Positions 41,065 to 55,247 of a DNA stretch of 64,000 nt are shown one piece after another. Where the stretch lies: positions 186,558,001 through 186,622,000 of the forward strand of contig OZ024740.1 in NCBI GenBank assembly GCA_964016885.1, in the 5' to 3' direction. This DNA comes from Eledone cirrhosa. Taxonomy: Eukaryota. Position 1 is the first letter of the stretch. Every line of letters starts with the position of its first letter. Position numbers and translations under genes: made by a program. A model generated the notes under the pieces. It saw nothing but the letters and a program-made list of their open reading frames with translations, did no database searches and was not told where the DNA came from.

Positions 41065-41102
41065 CTAGCAGAAAAACCACCCTACGGGTGGCTTTCTGCT
41101 AG
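41065..41102 (-). other. GC-rich hairpin resembling a Helitron 3' terminus
   Basis: Minus strand reads CCACCC-GTA-GGGTGG-tttttctg-CTAG|T. The whole 38 nt is also an imperfect palindrome. Confidence 0.45.
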
Positions 41103-42955
41103 CAAGTGTAGTGTGTATATTGATATTATACGCATATATGCATGAAAATAAGATACATCAAATAAAATCGTAATTGACAATATACACAGAAATTGAACAA
41201 AGCCTATGTTACACTGTCTTCTGTAATCAGTAATCCATGATATATTAAAAAAAATACGACATTATATATAAACTGCATTAGGAGAAAATTAGCGATGGAA
41301 ATATATGCGATAAGCTATAAAATATATTTAATCAACAGTCACGAAATTTAGCACATAAATTATGTAATATTCATTCATTATTTATTCAAAGTAATCCAAC
41401 TTATTTTACAAACAGGGTAAACAAATATATTCTGGACGCAATCCCGCAGACCTTCCTTTATTATAGTTAAGATGACATCTTTAATTCTCTTTCTTTTTTT
41501 TTTTTCTAGACTGTGACATTGTTTTTCATGATTATACTTAAAACAGACACAGATTTTACGACAAACATAGAGAAAGTTATTGTAAATAACAAATTTATTG
41601 ACAAATGTTTTGAGGATTCTAAATCGATACCAAACCACAATTAGCTTTTTTTTTTTGGTCTTTTCAGTTTTCACTAGTACACTCTAATGTTCCTGTACAC
41701 TAATATTTAAGAGAAGTAATGTATTCTCAAAATGTTTCAGAAAGGGTTGAATAGAAACAAAAATAAACGATTATTAAAAAATCTAACTCAAAATTATTGC
41801 TTTCAATACTTTGTAATGATAGAAGGAAAGGTTTTAAGAAGGATGTCGTGAGGTAATAGTAAGCTCCAGGAAAACTAAGAATTGTGCAATATAGTTTCAG
41901 TTATAACTTAAAACATTTTCTATCACACTCCAATGGTATCCTTAGCCAAATAAGGTCTCTGCGTAGCTGGTCAAACACCAAGAAATAGTAACCAAATCTC
42001 CCTCAAATCACAGCTGATTGTCTTAAAAACCTGAAAGAGTACATGGGATAATATAATCCCAGATGTACTACGCTTGAAAATAAGACATGGTGGCCTAACC
42101 TAAACCCTAAATAGCAGCATCAGAGCTTTGAGACTGTTTAGTGTGGACAGGCCATGCTGAAGTGTCTTGAACTTGCTACACTACATGATAGTAAAACCTT
42201 TAGTGTTGATGCTTTTGTCTCCATAAAATATTCCTTTAGAACAGATGAAAACAAAAGAAAAGTAAAGAAAACTCTTTATTATTCAAAACACATAAAACAA
42301 TCTAAATGGGTGTATAAATGTTCATATGTATTTGTGTGTGTATGTTTCAATAGAGGTAACCCCCACCAACGATAGAGAAAGGATAGAAGGAACTCTTTAG
42401 TGTCACTTACATGCGACAACCCCTCTAGTGTTGCTGGCACAATAAAAGACACCTAATTCAGGCAAGTGTTCCATGCTGTGCATCCAGAGTAACACCAACT
42501 GTGACTACTCTACCTAAAACGAACATAAATGTATAATGATAATTTTGATCATGATGATATACACTTACACACATATGCATACAATTCCGCATACAAACAC
42601 ACACATATAAGAATTATGATTTATCTCATTTGAAAGGAAAAGTTTGATATTAACTGAAGCATTTTGAGTTTTATTCTACCCACAGAGGAGTTGCTAAGAA
42701 CCAGTAACAATAATTCACCTCTTTCCAACACACTGAATCAAATTTTCTTGTCAGCACTCGTCATAGCAAGGAACTCTATATTTTTGGAAAAGTCTTGAAA
42801 TTTCCAATTTATTCAGAAATTGCTGGAAGCTAATTTAGCATCTCATTTGTCCTTGCCAGCTAATTTAAAAAATATAATCATAATGAATGTAGTAATGATG
42901 GTGATAACAATGATAAAAATAACAATAAGGATAATGATGATGATAATGGTAATAT

Positions 42956-42989
<34 letters not shown>

Positions 42990-43611
42990 AATGATGATAA
43001 TAATTTCTTTCATTGCCACAAGCAGTCACACAAAAAAGTATATAATAAATTAAAAATCATTCAGTGCACTATAACAGAATATTGATAAGTGGAATTATAT
43101 TGAAAAGTATAGGAAGACCTTCATCAGAATATTCTTTTATTTGTTTACTGATTTCAGTCATTAGTCTATGCTCATGTTGGAGCACCACCTTTAAGGGTTT
43201 TTAGATGATCATATTGAACAGAGTATTTAATTTATTGATCTCTATTTTGTCAAGTCACAATATTATGGTATATAAACAAATGGTAAATATAAACAATCCA
43301 TGCTAGCATGGAAAAATGGATGTTAAATGGTGATGATGATGACAAACACACACCTACATGCATGTATATGTGTTTGTGGGCATGTGCATGCAATGGGTTT
43401 CTGCATGATTTCCTTCTAAGTTTCACTCACAAGGCATTGGTCAACTCAAGACTATAGTAGGAGCAATACGAAGTAAGTGTCTTGCTCAAGGACACAACAC
43501 ATCATTCAGCCTGGGAATTGAACTCGCAATCTCATGATGGTGAATCAACCTTCCTAACCACTAAGCCACATACCTTCACGACTTATGACAGGAGTTGTGA
43601 TAGTATCAGCA

Positions 43612-44065
43612 ATTAAGGTTTTTCCTTGCATATGAAAGGACGACTGTACTATGTCTGTGTGCAAAGTGTGATGCTGCATGGTAGTGAAACATGAGTAGTA
43701 ACTGCAGAAGACATGTGTAAACTGGAGAAAAATGAAGTAGCTATGCTTCTTTGGATATGTAATGTAAATGTGAGACAAAGGCAGAACTTGGATTAAATGA
43801 GGGAGAAACTGGGTTTAAGAGGAATCTGAGGTGGTGTACAGGAGAGTAGACTGTATTGGTACAGACATGTGATGGCATGGATGATCACGGATGGGTGAAG
43901 AAGGGCCAGGAAATGCCAGAGAGCTGACCTCAAATCACTGAGACTCACAGAGAAGATGACAAAGAAACACCACTAGTGGAGTGATGCTGTGCTGAGAACG
44001 ACCCATCCAACCAATGCAAACATGGATGAATGGATGTAAATACGATGTTGATGACGATAATGATG
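43612..44065 (+). mobile_element. Decayed RTE 3' fragment
   Basis: Matches 13370-13870 (GTGATGCTGCATGGTAGTGA.., degraded GAT tail). Confidence 0.85.
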
Positions 44066-45410
44066 AATGGAAACATTGTTTCCTTGGCCTGATCTGATAA
44101 TTTCCACTTTACTCGGTATATGAATAAGGTCTGGGATCTTTTTGATTCAGTCTAAACATAGTAGAAGATACTGTTCAATATACCACACAGTGGGAGTAAA
44201 CCACAAACCACATGCTTATGAAGCAAACTCTTTATCCACGGGGCCAATATTCTGTGCTGCACAGCACACTGTTTTATCTATGCCATTTATGTTCTATGAT
44301 TTCTTTGGATGGTTCCTGTTTCATACTAAAATAGAAGAGATTGCTAGTCCCTGACTCAGCTCTCATCCATATTTTAGAGAAAGAGTACCTGTTAAATGGT
44401 TGTCCACAAAACTTTGCATGCAGTGAGGAGAAAGAAAGAGAGAGAGAGAGAAGAAACAATTTTAATACTTGACTCGTACAGTTTTTATCAATACTGAAAG
44501 GATAAAAAGCAAAGTTGATTTCATAGGGCTGACAGAGAAGGAATCGAAAATATGCCTGCCACAGCACAACAAACAGTTCATTTTCCTCCACCACCTGGAG
44601 AACATTATATCACTATCCTAACATTTGGATGCTAATGGATCCCCGAGTGAATACAGATAATACAATGATATATAATGGGTCAAGATTTTGTAAATTCTGC
44701 CTCACAGTAGAGCTGAATATCATCTGCTATACCACTTTAATTCTGTGTAAAAATTCTGAGTTAATCCCAATTTGAAGGCATGTGTCAAAGTTCCTGCTGA
44801 TTGACTTCAAAGCTGAACTTTTAAAAATGTTTAAATATTGAGTGCAGAGGTTTATCAGGTTGGTGCTTATCACAGTTTCCATGGCAATAAGTGACTGAGA
44901 GTTCAAGACTTCCCCCAGGACACGACTCCAGTCCATCACTGGATTAGTCCCACTGTTATTGATGGTACTCATTTTCAGCTAAGTATACTGGAGCAACATA
45001 AAATGAAGTGTTTTGCTCAAGAACACAACACACAATCCAGTCAAAGAATCGAACACACAACATTATAATCATAAGTCCAACACCCAATAGGTCACGTGCC
45101 TCCACAAGCAGAATCGCCTCCTGAATATTGTTGAAAAAGGATTTGACATCATCAAGTACACAACGAATAAAAGGTGTTAAGCACATTTACATACTTTAAA
45201 CAACATTTAATTTATCTTCATTAGTTTATATTCACAAATGTGTACATTTGACTTTAAAATAAATCTCATGAAACTATTGGGTTTGATGAAATAATTATGA
45301 TTACGAACATGCAATTATAACAGGCTTGATACATTTCTAACAAGGCTGCATATTGAGCACATTTATGTTTTTCTGTGATAAAATAAATAAAAATAATACT
45401 ATATATATAT

Positions 45411-45778
45411 ATATTAGTAAAAAGGAAAGGAAAATGCTGACAAATTTTTCCCAGTGAAAAATAATTTAATTAGGAATAAGTATAAATTAGTTATAAGTAT
45501 TAGTTAGCATTCAGTTTTAGTTTTAGTTTAATTCTATAGCAAAAAACACGAGCCTTCTAGAGCAAAAATCACGAGCGCTCTATCTCAAAATTATTTTTGA
45601 AAAGCATTAGAAATGCGCGACTGGTAAAAGCTTAAAACTAAAACTGAATACTAACTAATACTTATTACTAATTTATACTTATTCCTAATTAAACTATTTT
45701 TCACTGGGAAAAATTTGTCAGCATTTTCTTTTCCTTTTTACTAATATATCACAACTCGTGTGTCACACCTCTATTTTT

Positions 45779-45780
<2 letters not shown>
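45411..45780. repeat. Palindromic insertion (arms of about 115 bp, spacer of about 107 bp) in (TA)n
   Basis: 45411-45525 vs 45633-45747 are inverted with about 5 mismatches; an extra tail of about 30 bp lies on the right; TA flanks. Confidence 0.88.
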
Positions 45781-45836
<56 letters not shown>

Positions 45837-45886
45837 CATAGATATATACATATATGTGCATAAACACAAACACACACACATATATA

Positions 45887-45934
<48 letters not shown>

Positions 45935-48900
45935 AACCCATACACGCATGGAAGATGGACGTTAAACGATGATGATGATGATGATGATGATATACATATA
46001 TGTATATATATATATATAAAGTATTTGTGTATATATAAGACATTTTTATGTTGTATAGTACTTTTATATCCTATACAAAGAAATCTGCAAATATTCCAAA
46101 GAATATATAATCTAAAGAACCTTTACACAACTAAACTAATGTAATGTCATTTTAATGCCTACTTCCTCCATGTGGTTATGTTTTTCGTTTTTGTGCATGT
46201 TAATCTTGCTTCTGTTGTTTGCTTTAGAGTGTTGTGTATTCTTTAATCATTTCATAACAGCTTACATCTTTTTGCTGACCTTGCTGATTCATAATAACAT
46301 TCTAATAGTAGGGACCCATATCTAGCCCTCATCGATTAAAATATTCACCATGCAAATCTGACAATATTAAAAATAAAAAATGAATCATTTTATTCATGAA
46401 ATATGCACTTTAGATGAAAACCCCCACATCACCACCCATAGCAGCAACATCACCTGAAATTATAAATAAACAAACAAACAAATAATGGTGGAAAGAGGAT
46501 ATATATATTTTATCATTTTGGTTATCTTAACTTATTATAACAAAAAGAATTATTTATGAAAATCTTGCTCATATATATGTCTTTTATATTTATTTATTCG
46601 TTGGTTTGCTCCCCAACTACCTCTTCTTCATCCCTCCTTTAGCCATTTTCATTGTTGTCATTTTGACATCGTTCCAAGTGCTTTTCAAAGATGTCAGTAG
46701 TATTTATACGCTTGCACACGTGCCAAAAGTCGTAAGCTCATGAAGCATACATGAATACATGAAATACCTGGTGGGGTGTGTAACCCGATTTTTTTTTTCG
46801 ATAATCTAGAACAATTATTTGGAAAGCTTTCCACCTGTCAGTTACATATGTCCATTCATGTTTTTTAGTCGTCCTCCAAAATGTGTTTCTTTCATTTTTT
46901 TCCTTTCTACACATACTATTTTCTTTTTATAGACATAGACATACACACACGCAAACATACTAACACATATGTATACATAGAAAGACACATTCATGTATGA
47001 GTATATATATAAATATATATATATGTATGTGTATTTATAGAGGTTGTGTAGTCGTAGTTGTGTGCCGTTCTGGATAGTGTTATGTAAGTGAGGGATGAAG
47101 GAGAAAATATAGACCTGAGGTAAGAGTGGTGAGCTATAAGGAAGCTGAAAGGAAGAAACTAGAACAAATAAACGAGGTAAAACTTATTTAAAATGGCAGA
47201 CATTTTGTATTTTATTGTTCATGTAGGTAAAAATAGAGGTCTTGAAAGAGATGTGTGGGAGAGTTAGAGTTAGAATTATATATAGAATTAAAATTAGAAT
47301 TAGGATTAGTAGAATTAACATAAATCAGTATGTGGCTACTGTCTATGAGCTTTGTTGCCGGGTGACTATGGGTTACTTAGTAGTGAGAGCTTTTGAATAT
47401 AACATTTTTCTTCAGACTCAGTCATTCTTGTCTGGTAAACTCATCAGTGCATGTGTACAAGTGTTTCTATAAGTCCATTTCACTCTGACAGTTCAGGGTA
47501 GGTTCCTGCTTCTTAAAGAAATGCACCTCCACTATTGCATCTGTTTGGTTTGTGAATATTCTCATGAACTTTCTTCTACATTTTCGCCTGTGCTGGAACA
47601 ATGCATTTGGAGGTGTCGCTTTTTGGAAGAAAATGTTCTTGCACTCCGTAGTGTAATTTGTGTTTCATGGAACTGATATAGTAGGCCCCACATGCAGAGT
47701 TCATGTGTATTTTATCATGGCACCAACACTAGGAATGTTGATCATCATTCACTCATTGGAAGAGGCCTCTCTACCATACACCAATTCAGACCAACCAAAC
47801 GTTCATCAACACTAATATCACAGGTGCCAAATGAACATTAAATTAGAAAACTTGCAAGACTGAATTGCTTTATCAGAGAATCTATTGATAAATTTGATGT
47901 TGCAAAAGCACTCCACAGAGGTTAGATGCCTCTTTAAGAGTTAGCTCCACTTTCTTCTTGCCTTTTGTGTGGAGCCATGTGGCTTAGTGGTAAGTGTGTT
48001 GGACTTACACTCATAATGTCATAGGTTCTATTCCTTGACTGGGATGTGTGTTGTGTTCTTGAGCAAAATGCTTCATTTTATGTTCCTCCAGTATACTCAG
48101 CTGACAATGAGTACCATCAATAGCTGGAAGTTTAGCCCTGTCTTGTCCGGGGAGGGGGGGAAGTCTTTTATTCTCTGTCACTTAATGCCACAATAGCCAG
48201 GATAACTACCAGCCTGATGAGCCGCCGGGCTCAAGACAGAATTTACACTATAGACTTTTATCACTGATTACTATTGCTTTTTCTTAATTTTGCTACCACT
48301 TCTTTTCTTTGGTTCTTGAGCAAAATACTTCATTTCCTGTCAGCTGAGGTTTAACACTGTGGCATCTTTCCTCAAGGGAAGGGGTGAGTTTCTACTCCCA
48401 ATCACTTTACAGTAATGAAACCAGGGTAAGCTGTGGCCTGGTGAGCCTCTAAGCTTGGAACAGACTTTAACTTTATTAACTCCTGTCTACCAGGAGTTGC
48501 GACTGGTAGATAGTATCAGCAATGGAAAGATTGTTTCTATGGTCTGATTTGGCAAGTTACACCCCTACTCAGTAAGCAAATGAGGTCTGGGATTTTGTCT
48601 ATCTAACTCCTTTTCTTATAGTCCTTAATATCTTGTTACACTTCAAGACTCCATATCCTTTTTATCATAATATACTTGGGTGGCACTGGTATTTTTAGTC
48701 ATTGTTTGGTTGTATGCTAGAGTAGGCAGAGACACTTTGACTTCTGAGTTAGCATCAACTCTTGGTGCTAGATAGACCAATGATGAGGTAATTTCATTTA
48801 CTTCCACTTTGATTAGTCACAGACAGGGCCAGCTTTTCACCTGCTGAGACCACTCACTAAAACGTTTTCGCAAAAAAAAATTATAATTATTTATCTTAAT

Positions 48901-48935
48901 GTTAACGATAAAGAATAAATTATATATATATATAT

Positions 48936-50201
<1,266 letters not shown>

Positions 50202-50204
50202 ATG

Positions 50205-50420
50205 TAAAAGGTAAACAGAAATAACAACACAATCGGTACAGTATATGGAAGGTATATATTAGGTTAACGCTTGATATAGCAGGAAGAGGGTCTTAAAGTT
50301 TCAGATGCTAGTCCTTCATCAGAAGAAAGAATTAGAAATAAAATAGATTAAGGGGACGGGCGGGATGGAATTGGAAAAAAATGTCTTTAGATAAAAATAA
50401 TAGGTCCATTCATGTTGCAA
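50205..50420 (-). mobile_element. Penelope-like terminal repeat fragment with minimal hammerhead (50291-50326)
   Basis: Minus strand reads TCTT-CTGATGA-A-GGAC-tagc-ATCT-GAAA-C-TT-T-AAGA; homologous to 25735-25826; ends in (TA)n. Confidence 0.65.
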
Positions 50421-51688
50421 AACTATACATATATATATAATTTATTCTCTATCATTAACATTAATATAAATAATTATAATAATAATATCATGTCAACAGT
50501 TAGTTTGGAACTAGTTGTTGAAACGGCAAGAGCTCAGCCGTTGGGGTCTCAACTCTTTTATATTACCACACTCTACTACCCCAAGTGTTAAATACTCTGG
50601 TGATTAATGGACTAACAGGTTTACTTCATCCATTTTGATATATATATACACATAGAGTATAGTGGATCTTGGTGATATTTGAACAAATACAATGCATTTT
50701 GCCCAGTTCTCCATCAATTCTGGTACATTTGATGAGTTGTAGTGCACCTGAACACTATACACAAATATTTTCATTATATTTTATATTATCCACCATCAAT
50801 AACAACAATAATCATAATGATAATGATAATCTAAGCACAAATCTAGCCATTTGTTGGGAGGAGAAAGTTTATTACAATAATCCCAGTACTTGACTGGTAC
50901 TTTATTTGATCAACCACAGAAAAATGAAAGACAAAGTCGATCTCAACAGGATTTGAACTCAGAAAATAACTAAATGCTGCAAAGCATTTTGCCTGATGCT
51001 CTAATAATTTTGCCAAATATTAACATTAATAACATTATATGCAGTTGCAAAATCCCTACTGCATTCCCAGAGTGACATATCTAGCTTTGAATCTCTCTTC
51101 AACATATGGCAGAATGGTAAAAAATATCAAATGAGAAAATTCAATGCAGGATTATATGGAAATGCCTAATCCATATCTCATGAATTCCATTGCTTAACTC
51201 AGTATATTATTGTAATGCACTGGGTGATTGCTGGCCTTGTGCCTAAAGTAGAAACAATTATTATTATTATTATTATCATTATCTATATTGTTTCCAGAGG
51301 GAATGAAAAGTGTAAATAGACCGAGGTAGAGCTTGAAATTGGAGTGTTTAATAGGTGAACAGTGCAGTCACATTTTATTCAATGCTGAAGCTGTTTAGAA
51401 GTATGAATTCTGTCGCAATGTCAAGCTGAATAGTGGATTTAATAAAAAGAGATTTTATTAGGGAAATTTACTGTGCAATGCAACAACCACACACATATAT
51501 AGATTTTAATGAAAATATCATGGCAGCTTCTTCTTTTTCACTTTAGCGAGTGGAAGCTTAAAAGCTGTAATGTAGAATGCAAGGGAGACAACTATTGCTG
51601 CCTCTAATTCAAAACATTTTACTCTCCCACAATGACTTACAATTTTTCTAATTCACAAATAAACGAAATAATGGGACTGGATACACAT

Positions 51689-51773
<85 letters not shown>

Positions 51774-51833
51774 GTCAAGTAATATATATATATATATATC
51801 CAGTTAAGTAATGTATATATATACAATACTTAA

Positions 51834-51867
<34 letters not shown>

Positions 51868-51901
51868 AGTTAAGTAATGTATATATATATACATTACTTA
51901 A

Positions 51902-51947
<46 letters not shown>

Positions 51948-52331
51948 TACTTGTAACTCAACACCATATCATAATTATGTGATAATAACTTATTTTGTCA
52001 TATTTATGCCGCCTCTTCCAATACTTCACTTCCTCTTTTCACTGATTAATTTTAAATTATGATTAACATTTTCTTCTGCTGCTACTTTAATATTTGTGAT
52101 TTTTTATAAAGTTTTCTTTTGAACTTCATTATAATTTTCATTCTTACTTGCTTAATATCATTTCATATGTATAATTATCTCTAAAGAAACTTGCTATTTT
52201 CTTGTTACATAACATATCTCTCTGTCTACCTGACTGTTTCTGTATGTGTGTCTATCTACCTATCTATCTAATTAGCTAGCTTTCTATCTATCTACTTTTC
52301 TCTCTCTATGTCTTTCCATGGCATGAATAGG

Positions 52332-52364
<33 letters not shown>

Positions 52365-52394
52365 ATATCAAAAGATGGTTAAAAGAGTTCCATG

Positions 52395-52465
52395 TATTTT
52401 ATTATGCGCATTTCAAAAACAAATATCATCATGCAATAACATTTGTGTTTTCATCAGATAAAATA
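52395..52465 (-). ncRNA. Type I hammerhead ribozyme (inverted copy)
   Basis: Reverse complement of 54080-54150. Confidence 0.8.
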
Positions 52466-52774
52466 GGAAGACATGATATGAAGGTTAAAGAACACTTGTG
52501 AATAGTGCAGTTTTAAATCAACATATGAAAAGTAGTTTTAGATTGATGTGTGATATTGTGAAAAACATTTTTTTGAGGGGGTGGTGGTAGAAAGGATGAA
52601 AAAGAGGAGGAGATGAGAGTAAAAAGTGGAGGGGGAGGAGTATAATGAGGAAGGATGAGATAGGAGGAGAGATGGGTGATAGAGAGAGAGAGAGATAGCT
52701 TTTATAACTGAGAAAAATATATTGTTTTACATAGAGAGGTTGAAAAACCGTTGGAAGATAATATATAAATTAAA

Positions 52775-53239
52775 CTCGTTAATAACTCTGCTAATCTCTC
52801 TAATCGCAATTGCAATTGCCCTGTTAAAAATAAATGTCCTCTCAACAACCATTGTCTTGAAAAAAACTTAATCTACGAATGTAAAGTTATAACTGACACC
52901 AATTCCTTCACCTATTTTGGCTCCACTTCCACCTCCTTTAAAGCTCGTCTTTATAATCATCATTCGTCTTTTAAATACCAACTTAAAAGAACCAACACGG
53001 CACTCTCAGAACTCATATGGTCCTTGAAAGAAAAAAATATTAATTATAACATCTCTTGGAAAAAGGTTTCTTCTGCTTCTACATACTTGAACAGTTCTCT
53101 ATCCAAGACTTGCAATCTCTGTTTAAATAAAAAATTTACCATTATATATAATTTAGATTCTATAATAAATAGACGCACTGACTTGTTTTCTCTCTGCTTG
53201 CATAAATTCCACAGAACATTCCATAAAGTATACAGCTAA
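52775..53239 (+). pseudogene. GIY-YIG endonuclease fragment of a Penelope-like element
   Basis: Open frame without a start: CNCPVKNKCPLNNHCLEKNLIYECKV..TYFGST..FKARLYNHHSSF..TALSELIWSLK..ISW..CNLCL (LIY/YFG boxes, conserved R..H). The ORF track reports only the last 71 aa. Confidence 0.9.
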
Positions 53240-54079
53240 TATCTAATACTTTATCAATTTAAAATCCTTTTCTCAAAGGCACATATATATATACTTCTTT
53301 AAAAATATACCCATCTTTCTACCTTATTTCAAAGTTATTTATTATACATTATATAATACTAGTTACTCATTCTATATCACTTCTGTTTCTTCCTTTTCCT
53401 TTTCTTTTCTTTTTCTTTTAATTTATAACCCCTAATCTGTACCTTTTCTCATTGTGCCTAACATAGAAACAATTATTACACAGTACAATATATTCTTACT
53501 TTATATCACCTTGAAAAAATCCTTCGTAAACATAAACATTTTTTTTGACGTTAGATTATTCATCCTCAATTCATTATTTTTCTCTCCCTTTCATGCTCAT
53601 CTAACTTATTCATCCTATCTTCTACTTCTTTCACAATATATCCTTACTTACATTACTATTGCTATATTTATTTTAATAATAAATATCAACATTTTCTTTC
53701 CATCGCACATATTATTAAACCCTTCAATATACAAACCTTAACTTAACGTTATTTTTCTCTTCGTTAATTTTCAAATTCTTTTAATTTATATATTATCTTC
53801 CAACGGTTTTTCAACTTCTCTATGTAAAACAATATATTTTTCTCAGTTATAAAAGCTATCTCTCTCTCTCTATCACCCATCTCTCCTCCTATCTCATCCT
53901 TCCTCATTATACTCCCCCCCCCTCTACTTTTTACTCTCATCTCCTCCTCTTTTTCACCCACCCCCCCCCTCAATTTTTTTTTTTCCAAATATCACACATC
54001 AATCTAAAACTACTTTTCATATGTTGATTTAAAACTGCACTATTCACAAGTGTTCTTTAACCTTCATATCATGTCTTCC

Positions 54080-54150
54080 TATTTTATCTGATGAAAACAC
54101 AAATGTTATTGCATGATGATATTTGTTTTTGAAATGCGCATAATAAAATA
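54080..54150 (+). ncRNA. Type I hammerhead ribozyme
   Basis: Stem I TATTTTAT/ATAAAATA; CTGATGA at 54088-54094; long G-U-rich stem II at 54095-54130; GAAA at 54131-54134; palindromic stem III ATGCGCAT; NUH = AUA ending at 54142. Confidence 0.82.
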
Positions 54151-54194
54151 CATGGAACTCTTTTAACCATCTTTTGATATTATATATTATGTAT

Positions 54195-54272
54195 AGTCCA
54201 GTCCTACAAACTGTAGAGTGCTTCTTATCCGATATCTGCATTGCTTTATTGTACTACAATAAACTCACCTCC

Positions 54273-54275
<3 letters not shown>
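54195..54275 (+). repeat. Short dispersed repeat ending in (TA)n (second copy at 17862-17940, minus strand)
   Basis: TCCTA.AAACTGT.GAGTGCT.CTT.TCCGATAT.TGCATTGCTTTATTGT.CTACAATAAA.CTCA.CTCCTACA is shared by both sites. Confidence 0.7.
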
Positions 54276-54334
<59 letters not shown>

Positions 54335-54405
54335 CCCATGCTAGCATGGAAGATAGACGTTAAACGCTGATGATGATGATTTTATATATATATATGATGA
54401 TAATA

Positions 54406-54746
54406 CAGTGGAACCTTGGTTCACAAACTTAATTCATTCCTGAAAGTCGTTTGTCACTCTAAATGTTCGTAAACCGAAACTATTTTTCTCATACGAAATG
54501 TTGAGAGAGAAATACAGTGAGTAAGATTGTGTGTGAATGACAGATAGATATCACCATATTAACTAACTCCATAGCAAGTGACACTTTCCCACCAATACTC
54601 CCAATACTTGGCATTAACTGTTGTTGCTGGCTTGCGCATTGATTACTCGAGACATTGTTTATCATTCGAGATGTTTTATGTTCATAAAAATTGTTCGGAA
54701 ACCTATTTGTTAATGATGAGAGACATTTGTGAACCAAGGTTCCACA

Positions 54747-54747
<1 letters not shown>
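54406..54747. mobile_element. Tigger/pogo-like MITE
   Basis: 22-bp terminal inverted repeats CAGTGGAACCTTGGTTCACAAA / TTTGTGAACCAAGGTTCCACAG (1 mismatch); TA on the left, CA on the right. Confidence 0.85.
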
Positions 54748-54780
<33 letters not shown>

Positions 54781-54782
<2 letters not shown>

Positions 54783-55247
54783 TCTGCCTCCTTCACTGTA
54801 TTTGTCACCAAAACTATGTCGTCGGCAAATTCAGCCTCCGATATCTTTTTTGCCTTAACTCTCCTGCTCTGAGCTGGTGCTACAGTAAAGCCAGAGTCCT
54901 GGTGTTTCTCCAGTGCAAGGCGCATACAATAGTCCACTATGATGATAAAAAGGTAGGGAGCCAATGTATCTCCCTGGAGCACTCCAGCCAGTATGACAAA
55001 ATTGACACAGAGGAGACTGAGGTTAGCTGGACATGCTCACCGACATCCAGAGTTGACATTGCACTCAGTGCTTCTGTGAGTGCCCCTACATGGACACACT
55101 GGAAGAGGAAGACCAAGGTTTATGTATGTTGATGCCCTAAGGACAGACACTGGTCTGTTGGAGACACAGGATATGGCAGCGATAATGAGGGACAGAGACC
55201 GCTGGAGAGAACTCGTCCATGAATCTCGGGAATTTGACCCGCCTTAG
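54781..55247. mobile_element. RTE-X-like LINE with inverted 5' segment
   Basis: 54781-54994 on the minus strand encodes GVLQGDTLAPYLFII..EFADDIVL (RT core). 54997-55247 on the plus strand is the 3' end. (TA)n on both sides. Confidence 0.85.

Larger units (their letters stand above)
52355..54190 (+). mobile_element. Penelope-like retroelement, 5'-truncated, with inverted terminal repeat (arms of about 415 bp)
   Basis: 52355-52774 vs 53780-54190 are inverted and enclose a GIY-YIG reading frame and 3' UTR. Each arm has a complete hammerhead. TA flanks. Confidence 0.92.

Noticed and set aside
47262-47320. Telomere-like repeats (also about 4085 and 42094)
   Set aside because: Only one or two degenerate units.
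48214-48232. CTGATGA plus a hairpin as a hammerhead
   Set aside because: No GAAA box or closing stems; better explained as a SINE 3' stem-loop.
51770-51955. CRISPR-like repeat-spacer array
   Set aside because: The spacers are TA runs, orientation alternates, the context is eukaryotic and there are no cas genes.
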